This document shows positions 30,522 through 40,559 of a DNA stretch of 64,000 bases, in pieces. A model generated the notes under the pieces. It was not told the origin of the DNA, searched no databases, and saw nothing but the letters and a program-made list of their open reading frames with translations. Source of the stretch: Thermoanaerobaculia bacterium. Its GTDB lineage: Bacteria; Acidobacteriota; Thermoanaerobaculia; Multivoradales; Multivoraceae. Within the stretch, counting starts at the first letter, position 1; every line of letters starts with the position of its first letter. The DNA lies in contig OY761158.1 of the NCBI GenBank assembly GCA_963664405.1, forward strand, positions 2,368,001-2,432,000, written 5' to 3'. The position numbers were made by a program, and so were the translations under genes.

Positions 30522-31794
30522 TCAGGAGACCGCGATCGATTGACGGGACGGCGAGGTCGCACCGGCGAGATAAGTGGACAGGTGCGAGCTCAGGTCGCGC
30601 GCGTCGTCCTCGGCGCCGTTGATGAAGCTGGACTTGCGCCGTCGTAGAAACGGCAAGCCAAGGGCGTAGAGACCCGGCGCCTCAACCACACCGCCCTCAT
30701 GGCGCAGACGACCCTTTCGGTCAAGCACCGGCACGTCGAGCCAACGATAGTCGGGGCGGAACCCGGTTGCCCAGAGGATCGAAGTGATCTCGCCACTGGT
30801 GAGGTCGAGATCGAGCCTTGCAGGCTCAGGTACTCGTGTCGGCTCGAAGGGCGCCCGCGCCTCGCTGCCGACTCCATGACCATTGCCGTCGGCCCACTCG
30901 TCGAAGGTGTCGAGCAAGCGCTCCATCTTCAGATCGGCGAGCGCGCACTGATTGCGTAGCCCGCCGGAAAACTGTGCCTTACCGTCTCGGATCCCCGCCA
31001 GCCGACCCACCACCTTCACTCCGGCATCGGTCAGCCCGTTGAGGTCGAGGGTCGAGCGCTCGGGCGTACCCACCAGCTGCGGCGAGGGGACGCCTCGAGC
31101 CCGGACGATGTCGTCGACTTCGTCGTAACGTTGGTCCCAGACGCCGGCGGCGTCCATCCACCAGAGCACGTCGCGGCCGCGGTAGGTCCTGGGCATACGA
31201 ACGTGCTCTCCAACCGACAGTGTCACCGGGCGGCCAGAGCGATGAATCTCTTCGGCCAGCTGCAAGCCGGTGGCGGAAGCGCCGACCACCATCACGCCGC
31301 CGTCGGGCAAACTCTCAGGATTGGAATAGGCCATCGGCGTTACGCACTCGATTTACCGCGGCACTTCGACACTGACCGCCGGTACGATCGGAATGTTGCA
31401 TGCACCGCTGGCCAGAACAACGGATCGGCTGTGCCAATTGCCGTTCTCCGTGGCCACCTGGTAGCCGTCGTCGGTCCGAGAAACCGACGTCACCGTGGTA
31501 TTGGTTCGCACGGGCGCGTCCACCGCCTGGGCGTAGCTCGAGACAAAGTCGACCACCTCGGCCACGGCCATGAAGCCGTCTGAATCGGTCCCTTCATAGC
31601 CATGGCCGGGAAGTCGGGTTTGCCAGTTCGGAGTGAGCAAGCGCAACGAATCCCAGCGCTCTTTGCGCCACGAGTTGGCGACCTCGCCGCGCTCGAGGAC
31701 CACGTGGTCGATCGAGCGCTCGGTGAGACAGGAGCTCATCGCCAGCCCGGCGTGACCGGCACCGATGATGACTGTGTTTACGTTGCTCGACATC
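30522..31794 (-). pseudogene. Flavin-containing monooxygenase (CzcO/TrkA-like) with an in-frame TAA
   Basis: GAGHAG, RWDSLRLLTPNW, then VEVPR*IECVTPMAYSNP (TAA at 31353-31355), then GASATG and WATGFRP in the same frame. Confidence 0.85.
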
Positions 31795-31830
31795 TGGCTC
31801 GTCCTCCGCGGACGCCTCCAACCGCAATCT

Positions 31831-32388
31831 TCACTTATTGACCTCAACCGTCACATTGGTCGGGTTGGTCATGATGTCGAAGACCGCCGAGCGCTTCTGG
31901 GACTGCGCGACCAGCGCTTCGATGTCTTTCTGCGACGCATCGGCATCGATGTCGAAGCTGACCTTGACGTCGTCGTAGCCGTTGCGAACTTCTTTGTCGG
32001 CACCGAGGATGCCCCGGATGTCCATCGAGCCCTCGAGCTTCGCCTCGACCGAGCGCAACTGGATGTTGCGATTCTGCGCCACGGCGGCTACGCCGGCGGT
32101 CAAGCAGCTTGCGAGGCCGACCAGCACCAACTCGACCGGAGTCGCACCGTTGTCCTCGGAGGCGAAGACCGCGGGATGATCTGCGTCGAAGGTGAACTCT
32201 CTCTTGTGATTCTGCTCCTCCCCGAGCCCGAAGAACCCTTCTACGGATGATTTACTGTGGGTGCCGTTCAGCCATTTGCACGACGCCCGCCAGCTGAACT
32301 TGGCGGCCTCCGGCGCTTCGGTCAACGCCTCGCGCGCGCCGAGCAGTGCTTCTACGTTGACACCATTGTTTGCTTTTGATTCGCCCAT
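31831..32388 (-). CDS. OsmC family protein
   Basis: NGVNVEAL, ADHPAVF, TPVELVLVGLASCL, SAVFD. Confidence 0.88.
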   Translation of the reverse strand: MGESKANNGVNVEALLGAREALTEAPEAAKFSWRASCKWLNGTHSKSSVEGFFGLGEEQNHKREFTFDADHPAVFASEDNGATPVELVLVGLASCLTAGVAAVAQNRNIQLRSVEAKLEGSMDIRGILGADKEVRNGYDDVKVSFDIDADASQKDIEALVAQSQKRSAVFDIMTNPTNVTVEVNK

Positions 32389-32596
32389 TGTCTTGCTCTC
32401 CTTGTTAACCAGCCCGACTCCTCGCCGCGCTGCCTGTTACTACTACCCTAGGGATACTAGCCGCAAAGGTTACGCCCAGAAGACGAGATCGTCCACTCTC
32501 GAGCACTGATATACTTCTGCGCGTCAACCTGAACCCGACAACTGCCGAATAAGCGCCCCAAGAGACGGCGACGTTCGCTCGGCACGGGAGAAAGCC

Positions 32597-33679
32597 ATGC
32601 TGTCATCTCGATCGATCAAGAGACTTCTTACCGTCCTACTCGTCACCGGCCTCGCGCTGTCCATAGCTACGGTACTACCGGCCGAAGACAAGATCCCGAG
32701 AACAGCCTCTGGTCGACCCGATCTCACCGGCACCTACGACGCGGCTACCCTCACACCGTTGGTGAGGCCCAAAGAGTACGGCGACAATCTCTATCTCACA
32801 GCAGAAGAGGCGGAGAAAATCGCCGAAGAAGAGAGGCTTCGCACCGAAAAGAGCTCGGCGGCGAGCAATCCTGATCGCGATGCGCCACCCGACGGCGGTG
32901 ATGGCTCACCCGGCGCAGCCGGCAATGTGGGGGGCTACAACAGCTTCTGGATCGATCGTGGAACCGACGCATTCGACGTCGGCGGCAAGTTCAGGACCTC
33001 GATCATCATCGACCCGAAAAACGGTCAGATGCCGCCGATGACAGCCGCGGCGAAAGAGAGCCGAGCGAAGCGATTCTCAGGCTTTGCTCGTCGTGGAAAC
33101 GACGGGACGGCCTGGTGGCTCGAGAAGGGCGACGGCAGTGGCCCTTACGACAACGTGGAGATGCGTAGCCACGCGGAGCGCTGCATGCTCGGTTTCACCG
33201 GTGCCACACCGACCTTCCCCAGCCTCTACAACAATTTCAAGCGAATCGTGCAAACCGAAGATCACGTCATGATCCTGATCGAGATGGTGCACGACGCTCG
33301 CATCGTGCGTATGAACTCGGAACACCTACCGGCCTCCGAGACGAGTTGGCTCGGCGACTCGATCGGCTGGTGGGAAGGCGACACCCTGGTGATCGACAGC
33401 ACCAACTTCAACCCCGCGGCTAGAAACAGAGGAGGCTCCGGGCACGTCGTCGAGCGTTTCACCCGGCTCGAGGACGGCAACGTGCTTTACAACTTCACCA
33501 TGGAAGACGACCAGGTATGGGAGACGCCCTGGACCGGTGAGTATCTTTGGAAAGCGAGCGAACAGAAGGTCTTCGAGTATGCCTGCCACGAAGGCAACTA
33601 CTCCCTCGGAAACATCTTGCGCGGGGCCCGGATCCTGGAGCAGGACGTTCTAAAAGGGAAGCAGAACGCGTCTCGCTGA
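32597..33679 (+). CDS. Conserved secreted hypothetical protein
   Basis: Signal peptide, PRTASGRPDLTG, WLGDSIGWWEGDTLV, FEYACHEGN. Confidence 0.8.
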   Translation: MLSSRSIKRLLTVLLVTGLALSIATVLPAEDKIPRTASGRPDLTGTYDAATLTPLVRPKEYGDNLYLTAEEAEKIAEEERLRTEKSSAASNPDRDAPPDGGDGSPGAAGNVGGYNSFWIDRGTDAFDVGGKFRTSIIIDPKNGQMPPMTAAAKESRAKRFSGFARRGNDGTAWWLEKGDGSGPYDNVEMRSHAERCMLGFTGATPTFPSLYNNFKRIVQTEDHVMILIEMVHDARIVRMNSEHLPASETSWLGDSIGWWEGDTLVIDSTNFNPAARNRGGSGHVVERFTRLEDGNVLYNFTMEDDQVWETPWTGEYLWKASEQKVFEYACHEGNYSLGNILRGARILEQDVLKGKQNASR

Positions 33680-33706
33680 CGATTAGCGTTTGCTCGCAGC
33701 TTCAGA

Positions 33707-34975
33707 TCAGGCTCCGTAGCCAAAGTCGGCCACGGCGACTCCGTCGGCCTCCACCGTCACCTTCTGGGTGAGCACGCCAAGCTCTTCGTGCCACGCTTGG
33801 ATGGTGTGAGTGCCTGGCGGCACGCCGCTGAGGGTGAAGGTGCCGCTGAGGTCGGTGACGGCGAAGAAAGGGTGTGGAACGACCCCAATGTACTCCGTCA
33901 TCCATCGGTGTAGGTCGCAGCGGATCCGGAGCATCCCTTCCTCTTCCGCCAACCGAACCTCGTGAACCATCCCCTGGATCGGTTGACTGACGTTGAAGCT
34001 GTTGGTCGTAGTGGTCTGGGCATTGAGATTGTGGAGCACCGGGTCATTGTTCGTGATCTGCACCAACTGGCCGACACGCGCGCCGGCGACCCTGGGAGAG
34101 AACACGCAGTCCTGCTGATCGATAACGACCGGCTCGTCGGGGACAGAGCTGTCGGGAAAATCCCCCTGCAGCCGCACAAACACATTTGCCAAACTACCGT
34201 CACGCGACGTCAGAACCGCTTCCTGCACCATCTGCTTGTCTCGAGTGAGCTGCGCGCAAAGTGGGTCGACACCCATCCGGATGACCGCGTTGCCTGGGAG
34301 ATCGCCCTCGAGCCGAACCTGTCCCTGAATCGAGCCGCTCGGTCCAGTCGGCTCGCTCGGGGCCTGCTCTTCCGCCTCTCGGCGCCGGGCTTCCTCGGCT
34401 TCGATCTGCTGCAGAGCCGTGTCGCCGGGATACCAATACGTCTGATGGCATCGCTCACAAGTCACGTCGAGCGGGCCACCCTCATCGAACAGCCGATCCG
34501 CATCGCGATCCTCGACGGCGCTCAGGATCGTCGACGAAGCCTGAAACAGGTCGCCGACGAGACGTCTCCACGCCTCGGGGTCCTGGTCGATCAGCTCCTG
34601 AACCTCCTCGGGCTCGAGCTCGATCCCCGGGTTCTCGGAGTGAAAACCAGGGCGCGCGACATCACGCCCTGGTATCAACAACAAGTTCGTCGCCTCGACC
34701 AATCTCACCGCTTCGATACGCAGCGCCTCCCAATCTTCGTCGCTGGTCGGCCGCCGCTCCTCGATGCCATCATGGCTCACGATCGTTGCCACCGATTCCC
34801 AGATCGTGTCGGCAGCCGGATCGATGATCGAGAGCATGATGTCCTGAACGCTCGTCGTCGGATGGAAGTCCGGCATTGAGGCCACCTCTGGCGGCTCGCT
34901 CGCACAGCCTCCGACGACCAAAAACAACGCGATCAAGCCGGCGGCTAACCTTGGGGTCTGTGTCGTCCATCGCAT
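33707..34975 (-). CDS. Lipoprotein fusing a class II (c'-like) cytochrome domain to a cupredoxin-like / carboxypeptidase-regulatory-like domain
   Basis: VGGC lipobox; helical domain ending CERCH; LHNLN and CDLHRWM type-1 Cu-like ligands; GTHTIQAWHE. SD AAAGGA before ATG 34975. Confidence 0.75.
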   Translation of the reverse strand: MRWTTQTPRLAAGLIALFLVVGGCASEPPEVASMPDFHPTTSVQDIMLSIIDPAADTIWESVATIVSHDGIEERRPTSDEDWEALRIEAVRLVEATNLLLIPGRDVARPGFHSENPGIELEPEEVQELIDQDPEAWRRLVGDLFQASSTILSAVEDRDADRLFDEGGPLDVTCERCHQTYWYPGDTALQQIEAEEARRREAEEQAPSEPTGPSGSIQGQVRLEGDLPGNAVIRMGVDPLCAQLTRDKQMVQEAVLTSRDGSLANVFVRLQGDFPDSSVPDEPVVIDQQDCVFSPRVAGARVGQLVQITNNDPVLHNLNAQTTTTNSFNVSQPIQGMVHEVRLAEEEGMLRIRCDLHRWMTEYIGVVPHPFFAVTDLSGTFTLSGVPPGTHTIQAWHEELGVLTQKVTVEADGVAVADFGYGA

Positions 34976-35114
34976 CGGGAGTCCTTTCGTTCCGACTTTC
35001 GCTTCCTGAGTCGCGGTTTCCAACCTAATGTGTAGCACACGTACGTACCCCCGCGACCTTCATCGATAAATTCCGCATCCCGTGAGACTGTAGACTTGCC
35101 GAGGAGCCAGAGAA

Positions 35115-35531
35115 CTGAGAGGCCCAATACTGCGAGCTGCACCCCTCATCGCGTTGGCGCTGGTGATCGCATGCGCCCACGCTGAGGCTGACGAGGAGAG
35201 CCTCAAAGACTCGTTCGCCGAACAGATCGCCGGCAGTGAATCTGTCACCGATTTCGTGCGCGACGGCAACGAGCTGACGTTTTCCGGCACCGATGGCAAA
35301 GGCGGAGCCGCCGTCTGGAAGGTACGCATCGAGTCGTCGCTTGTCGAGCCGAACGCATACGACGAAGAGATGCCCTTTCAGGGACGCATCGCCTCGGAGT
35401 GGATCGCCGACGGGGAGGTCGTCGAATACCTCGGCAATATGACGGCACTTCCGCAGGAGTTCCTCGACCGAGGGATCGGCCAGGAGTGCTGGGCATTTTG
35501 GATCGAGGCCGAGCGCCGCTGGGACTGGTGA
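35115..35531 (+). CDS. Hypothetical lipoprotein, probable CTG start
   Basis: GAGGAG, 8 nt, then CTG gives (M)RGPILRAAPLIALALVIAC. ORF track starts at TTG 35154. Confidence 0.6.
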   Translation: MRGPILRAAPLIALALVIACAHAEADEESLKDSFAEQIAGSESVTDFVRDGNELTFSGTDGKGGAAVWKVRIESSLVEPNAYDEEMPFQGRIASEWIADGEVVEYLGNMTALPQEFLDRGIGQECWAFWIEAERRWDW

Positions 35532-35554
35532 TCCCAGAGGAGCCTCCAGGCTGA

Positions 35555-36370
35555 CTACATCCGGGCGCCGCAGTATTTGCAGAAGACGGCGTCGGTGTCG
35601 TGACCTTCGGTGGCGCATTCCGGGCACACCTCGGTCGAGATCTTCTTGCGGGCCGCCCCGGCCATCTCCACGGTCACGATCCCAGTTGGCACGGCGATGA
35701 TGCCGTAGCCCATGATCATGATCGCGGCAGCCAGGAACTTGCCGAGCGGGGTGACGGGGGCAATGTCGCCGTAGCCGACCGTCGTCATGGTGACGATCGT
35801 CCAGTAGATCGACTCGGGGATGCTGGTGAAGCCGCTGTCCTCACCCTCGATGAGGTACATCGTCAATCCGACGATCACGACTGTGGTCAAGACCGTGCCG
35901 AGAAAGATCACGATTTTGCGGGCGCTTGCTCGAAGCGCCGCCCGCAGCATCCTGGCCTCCCCGACGAAGCGCACCAGTTTGAGCACGCGGAAGACACGCA
36001 GCAGGCGCAGGGTGCGAATTACCAGCAGCGACTGCGCACCGGCAAAAAAGAAGCTCAGGAACGACGGCAGGATGGCGAGAAGATCGACGATGCCGAAGAA
36101 GCTGCAGGCGTAGCGCGCCGGCCGACCCACACAAAAGAGGCGCAGGGCGTACTCGATGGTGAAGAGGATGGTGATTATCCACTCGAAGATCCGGAGCTGG
36201 CTACCGTATCGAGCCTCGATCCCGGAGACGCTCTCGAGCATGACGGCGATCACGCTGAGAACGATCAACACCAGGAGAACGATGTCGAAGGCCTTGCCGG
36301 CGGGAGTCTCGGCCTCGAAGATGACCTCGTGGAGGCGGGCGCGGATGCCGCTGCGGGAGCGATGGGTCAT
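35555..36370 (-). CDS. Voltage-gated-type potassium channel / ion transporter
   Basis: S4-like IRTLRLLRVFRVLK, filter TTVGYGD, C-terminal CPEC..CKYC ribbon. Confidence 0.92.
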   Translation of the reverse strand: MTHRSRSGIRARLHEVIFEAETPAGKAFDIVLLVLIVLSVIAVMLESVSGIEARYGSQLRIFEWIITILFTIEYALRLFCVGRPARYACSFFGIVDLLAILPSFLSFFFAGAQSLLVIRTLRLLRVFRVLKLVRFVGEARMLRAALRASARKIVIFLGTVLTTVVIVGLTMYLIEGEDSGFTSIPESIYWTIVTMTTVGYGDIAPVTPLGKFLAAAIMIMGYGIIAVPTGIVTVEMAGAARKKISTEVCPECATEGHDTDAVFCKYCGARM

Positions 36371-36424
36371 GGTATCGAGGGCGAAGTGAGTGTATCTCAG
36401 CGACACAGCAGTGGCGTTTCCCTG

Positions 36425-36622
36425 AGCGCTCTGCTCCTCGATGAGCCGACCGCTTCCCTCGATGCCGACGCGGCCAACCGAATCACTACGCTGGTCGACG
36501 AGTGGGCCGCGGCCGAGCCGGGGCGGGCTTTTGTCTGGATCGGGCACGACCCGGCCCTTATTCGCCCGATCGCGAGCCGCGAGCTTCTCTGCGAACGGGG
36601 AGAGCTGAGCGAGGTGAGCTGA
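36425..36622 (+). pseudogene. C-terminal remnant of an ABC ATPase (FetA/YbbL-like)
   Basis: LLLDEPTASLD (Walker B/D-loop) and GHD switch remain; Walker A and signature are absent; lies directly upstream of fetB. Confidence 0.8.
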
Positions 36623-36624
36623 CG

Positions 36625-37425
36625 ATGCCGATCTCCTACCTCGAGCTCTCCTACGGGCAGGTTGCGCTGGCGGCCCTCCTGATCCTGGTCAATGGTGCTC
36701 TGTCGGTGCTACTGCGACTCGACCTCCATCGTCGATTGCTTGTTGCCTCCATTCGCACCGTCACCCAGCTCCTTCTGATCGGATTCGTTCTGCAGTGGGT
36801 CTTCTCCCTGCGCCGCTGGTATGGGGTCGTGGGCCTGGCGCTTCTGATGGTGGTCATCGCCGGAGTAAGCGCGGTACAAAGGACCGAGCGACGCTTTCCG
36901 GGAATATGGCTCGACAGCCTACTCTCGATGTGGGCGAGCTCGTGGCTCGTCGCCGGAGTGGCCCTGGTCGGTATCGTCCGGGTAGAGCCCTGGTTTCATC
37001 CCCAGTACGCGATTCCGCTTCTCGGCATGATTCTCGGCAACACCCTCACCGGCATCTCTCTGGGGCTGGGCCGGCTGGGGGACGAGCTGGTGGTGCGGCG
37101 GGGCGAGGTCGAGCTTCTGCTGACCCTGGGCGCAACCCGATGGGAGGCGGCGAGGCGGCCGATCCGGGTCGCCTTGACGACCGGGTTGACGCCTATTCTC
37201 AACTCGATGATGGTGGTGGGGATCGTCAGCCTGCCGGGGATGATGACGGGTCAGCTGCTCGCCGGCGTCGATCCGACCCAGGCCGTGAAATACCAGGTCG
37301 TCATCATGTTTCTCCTCGCCGCTGGGACCGGCCTCGGAACCGTCGCGATCGTGCTCTTGACCTATCGTCGACTATTCAGCCCGCGCCACCAGTTCCGACA
37401 TACGCTCCTCGAAGACGCGCCCTGA
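36625..37425 (+). CDS. fetB: Iron export ABC permease FetB/YbbM (UPF0014)
   Basis: RTVTQLLLIGFVL, IPLLGMILGN, VGIVSLPGMMTGQLLAG.DP..AVKYQ. Confidence 0.9.
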   Translation: MPISYLELSYGQVALAALLILVNGALSVLLRLDLHRRLLVASIRTVTQLLLIGFVLQWVFSLRRWYGVVGLALLMVVIAGVSAVQRTERRFPGIWLDSLLSMWASSWLVAGVALVGIVRVEPWFHPQYAIPLLGMILGNTLTGISLGLGRLGDELVVRRGEVELLLTLGATRWEAARRPIRVALTTGLTPILNSMMVVGIVSLPGMMTGQLLAGVDPTQAVKYQVVIMFLLAAGTGLGTVAIVLLTYRRLFSPRHQFRHTLLEDAP

Positions 37426-37427
37426 TC

Positions 37428-40400
37428 TCAAGCCACTCTCACTACCCTTTTCACAAAGCCGAAGCAATCGTCGACCAGCGTGTAGATGGTCGGGATGATC
37501 ATCAGGGTCAAGAAGGTGGACGTCGTCAGCCCGCCGAGAATGATGAGGCCGATCGGCGCCCACATCGCCGCACGCCCCTCCATCGGACCGAACACCTCAG
37601 GAAGGAAATAGGGAGCTACCATCGGCGACAGACCCAGGATCGTGGTGACGGCAGTCATGACGATCGGCCTGAGCCGATTGCGACCGCCCTGGATAATGGC
37701 TTCGGTGCGCGCCAGCCCGGACTTACGGAGGTGATTCACATGGTCGATGAGGACGATGGCGTTGTTGACCACGATGCCGGCGAGAATGATGAGCCCCATC
37801 TCGGTCGAGCTGTCGCGGGGCTGTCCCGCCAGCTTCATGATCACGCCGACGCCGATGAAGGCGAAGGGGATCGAGAAGAGAATGGTCAAAGGCTGCAAGA
37901 AGTTCTCGAACAACGAGGCCAGGATCATGTAGATCAAGACCAGGGCGAAGAGCAGCGCAAAGCCCGAGTTCTCTCGCTCCTCCTGGGCGGATCGAAAGCT
38001 CCTGCCCAGCGACCAACCATATCCGGGAGGTAGCGTGAGGCTGCGGAGAAAGCCCGAGATCGTACCCATCATCGCAAAAGACTGCGTGTTGCCTACCGTC
38101 TCGATACTGATGGTGACCCTGGAGCTGCGGTTCTCTCGCTCGATGGTCTGGGGGCCCGGCACCGTCTCGAAGCTGGCCAAACTCGCGATCGGAAGCGCTG
38201 CGGCATCGGTGTGGATACTCATCTTCTTGAGCTGTTCCAAGGTCTCGCGATCTTCCTCGCGATACTGCACCACCATTCCGACCTCTCTGTCTTCAGCCTT
38301 GAAGTAGGTGACCGGGCGGGTCGACAGTGCGTTGTTGATCGTGCGAGCGACATCCTGGGTCGAGAGGCCGGCCTGGAGAGCCCGCTCGCGATCGACCGCG
38401 ACGTGAATCTCCTCGTCGCCGCTCTCGGAGGAGGAATCGACATCTTTGACGAAGGGGAGCTCCAACAGCTGAGCCATCACCTGCCTGCTCAGCAGCTCGA
38501 GAATCGCACCGTCGTCACCCGAGAGCTCGATCTGCATCCCCTGATCGTGTCCCCCGGGTCCGCGCTTGGTGCGTCCGATCTTGAGGTCGACACCCGCCTT
38601 CACCGGCAAGAGATCGATGATGTCGTTGCGAATCTCGAGCGTCGACCGCTTCGCCTGCTCCTCGGTCAGGAGAAAGAGCTCAACGCGACTGTTGCCTCCC
38701 CAGCGCGACTGCTCCTTTCCACTCCCGCGTCGATAGCGGGAGGAGATGTCGACGATCTCGAGCTGGTCGCGCCGAGAGTCCAGGATCTCGTAGAGCTCAG
38801 CGAAAAGCGCCTCCTTCTGTTCCAAAGAGTAGCTGCGTGGAGTGTCCACCTGCAGCGCTATCTGCCGCTCGTAGGACGAGGTCTCGAAGCTCCGTTCGAT
38901 GCCCTGGTAGAGCTCGAAAGATCCCCACAACAAGCCGACCACCAGCGCGGTGAAGGCCAGGCGATGCCGCAGCGTGAAAGCGAGCATCCGACCGTACTCC
39001 CTAACCACCCGATCGAAGAGGGGGTGCTTTCGCTCTTTACCGCCCTTGAGCAGAATTGCCGCCGCCATCGGTATGACGGTGAGCGACACCAGCAGCGACG
39101 ACACCATGACGATCACCACGGTCAAGCCCAAGTCCTTCATCTGGCTACTGAAGCGGCCGTCTCCACCCTCGAGGAAGATCAAGGGCACGAACACACAGAT
39201 CGTGGTCAGAGTGGAGCAGATGATGGGCATGGCCACCTCGCTCGCCCCTCGCAGCGCCGCGGTCTTCGGCCCTTCACCGAGAGCCTGACGATGACGGACC
39301 ACAGACTCGATCACCACGATCGAGTTGTCGACCAACATCCCGACCGCGAGCATCAGCCCCATCAGACTCATGATGTTGAGGGTGAGATCGCCGATGCCGG
39401 CTACCCGGTACAGGTACATGAAGACAAAAGTAAGGACGAGAGAGAGAGGGATGGCAACAGCGACCAACAAGGTCATGCGTAGGCGGCGTAGAAAGACGAG
39501 CATGAAGAGCACGGCCAGAGAGCCGCCGAGAATGCCGGTGTCACGCAACTGGTTCAGGCCCCTATTGACGTCGATAGAGGCGTCAAAGTAGGGCTGGAAG
39601 GAGAGCCCTTCCGCTTCGGGGAGCTCTTGAATGGCGGCGAGCTCGGCCTTCACGGTGTTCACCGCCGCGAGCAGATTGGCGTCCGAGGTCTTGGTGATGC
39701 GCAAGGTCAGGGACTGCTCGCCGTTGAGAAAATCGAAGTCGTCTCGCCGTGGGAAGTCGTAGTTGATCGAGGCGACATCCGCCAACACCAGGCCCGACGA
39801 ATAGAGCGGCAGCTCGCGAATCGCCTCGAGGCTGTCGAGCTCCCCCATCGCTCGCACCAGGAGCTTGCGACTCCCTTCTCGGACGTAGCCACCGGAGAGA
39901 CTGACATTGTTCCCCTGCAACAGCAGCACAACGTCTCGCACGCCGATGCCGTGGGCGGCCATGCGAGCGGGCAAGAGGTTGATCTCGAGCTGGCGGCTCA
40001 AGGTTCCGTACAGCCTTACTTCAGCCACTCCGTCGAGACGCTCGATACGACGCTGGATCGCCTCTTCGGCAAACTCGTAGAGCCTCGCGCTCTCCCAATC
40101 CGCCGACAGGTTCACTCGCAGGATCGGGATGTCGCCGGAGCCGTGACGGTAGACGCGGAAGTCCTCGAAATCGTCAGGCAACAGCCCACGCACCCGGTCG
40201 AGCCGGTCGCGCACCTCTACCGCGGCCATGTCCATGTCGACACCGTCGACAAACTCGAGGTCGATGTCCGCTTCGTTGGCATACGCCGTAGCGGTGAGGC
40301 GGTCGAGGCCTCTGATGGTGCCGAGGATGTCTTCCAGAGGTCTGACGATCATCCGTTCGACCTCGTCGGGCGACGACGAGTCGTAGGGGGCTCTGACCGA

Positions 40401-40559
40401 CATATGCGTGCTGGCGTGAGCCGGCAGGAACTCCAGCGGCAGTCTGGTCAGCGACAGCCAGCCCATCACGACTACGCCGAGGACGACCATGGCCATGGTC
40501 ACCCTGCGCTCTACCGCAAAACGAACCAGTGGGTTGACGGGTTGGGGGGTCTCAGTCAT
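37428..40559 (-). CDS. RND efflux permease (AcrB family)
   Basis: 1043 aa; GMLVDNSIVVIE, GIVVNNAIVL, RLRPIVMT. Confidence 0.93.
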   Translation of the reverse strand: MTETPQPVNPLVRFAVERRVTMAMVVLGVVVMGWLSLTRLPLEFLPAHASTHMSVRAPYDSSSPDEVERMIVRPLEDILGTIRGLDRLTATAYANEADIDLEFVDGVDMDMAAVEVRDRLDRVRGLLPDDFEDFRVYRHGSGDIPILRVNLSADWESARLYEFAEEAIQRRIERLDGVAEVRLYGTLSRQLEINLLPARMAAHGIGVRDVVLLLQGNNVSLSGGYVREGSRKLLVRAMGELDSLEAIRELPLYSSGLVLADVASINYDFPRRDDFDFLNGEQSLTLRITKTSDANLLAAVNTVKAELAAIQELPEAEGLSFQPYFDASIDVNRGLNQLRDTGILGGSLAVLFMLVFLRRLRMTLLVAVAIPLSLVLTFVFMYLYRVAGIGDLTLNIMSLMGLMLAVGMLVDNSIVVIESVVRHRQALGEGPKTAALRGASEVAMPIICSTLTTICVFVPLIFLEGGDGRFSSQMKDLGLTVVIVMVSSLLVSLTVIPMAAAILLKGGKERKHPLFDRVVREYGRMLAFTLRHRLAFTALVVGLLWGSFELYQGIERSFETSSYERQIALQVDTPRSYSLEQKEALFAELYEILDSRRDQLEIVDISSRYRRGSGKEQSRWGGNSRVELFLLTEEQAKRSTLEIRNDIIDLLPVKAGVDLKIGRTKRGPGGHDQGMQIELSGDDGAILELLSRQVMAQLLELPFVKDVDSSSESGDEEIHVAVDRERALQAGLSTQDVARTINNALSTRPVTYFKAEDREVGMVVQYREEDRETLEQLKKMSIHTDAAALPIASLASFETVPGPQTIERENRSSRVTISIETVGNTQSFAMMGTISGFLRSLTLPPGYGWSLGRSFRSAQEERENSGFALLFALVLIYMILASLFENFLQPLTILFSIPFAFIGVGVIMKLAGQPRDSSTEMGLIILAGIVVNNAIVLIDHVNHLRKSGLARTEAIIQGGRNRLRPIVMTAVTTILGLSPMVAPYFLPEVFGPMEGRAAMWAPIGLIILGGLTTSTFLTLMIIPTIYTLVDDCFGFVKRVVRVA

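Noticed and set aside
28595-30622. Long antisense ORFs (also 1915-2976, 35600-36424, 38211-39482, 55908-57113 and others)
   Set aside because: They shadow well-supported genes on the opposite strand, as expected in high-GC DNA, and have no motifs.
31353-31355. Recoded stop in the flavin monooxygenase
   Set aside because: The codon is TAA at a non-catalytic position; simple nonsense mutation or sequencing error is more likely.
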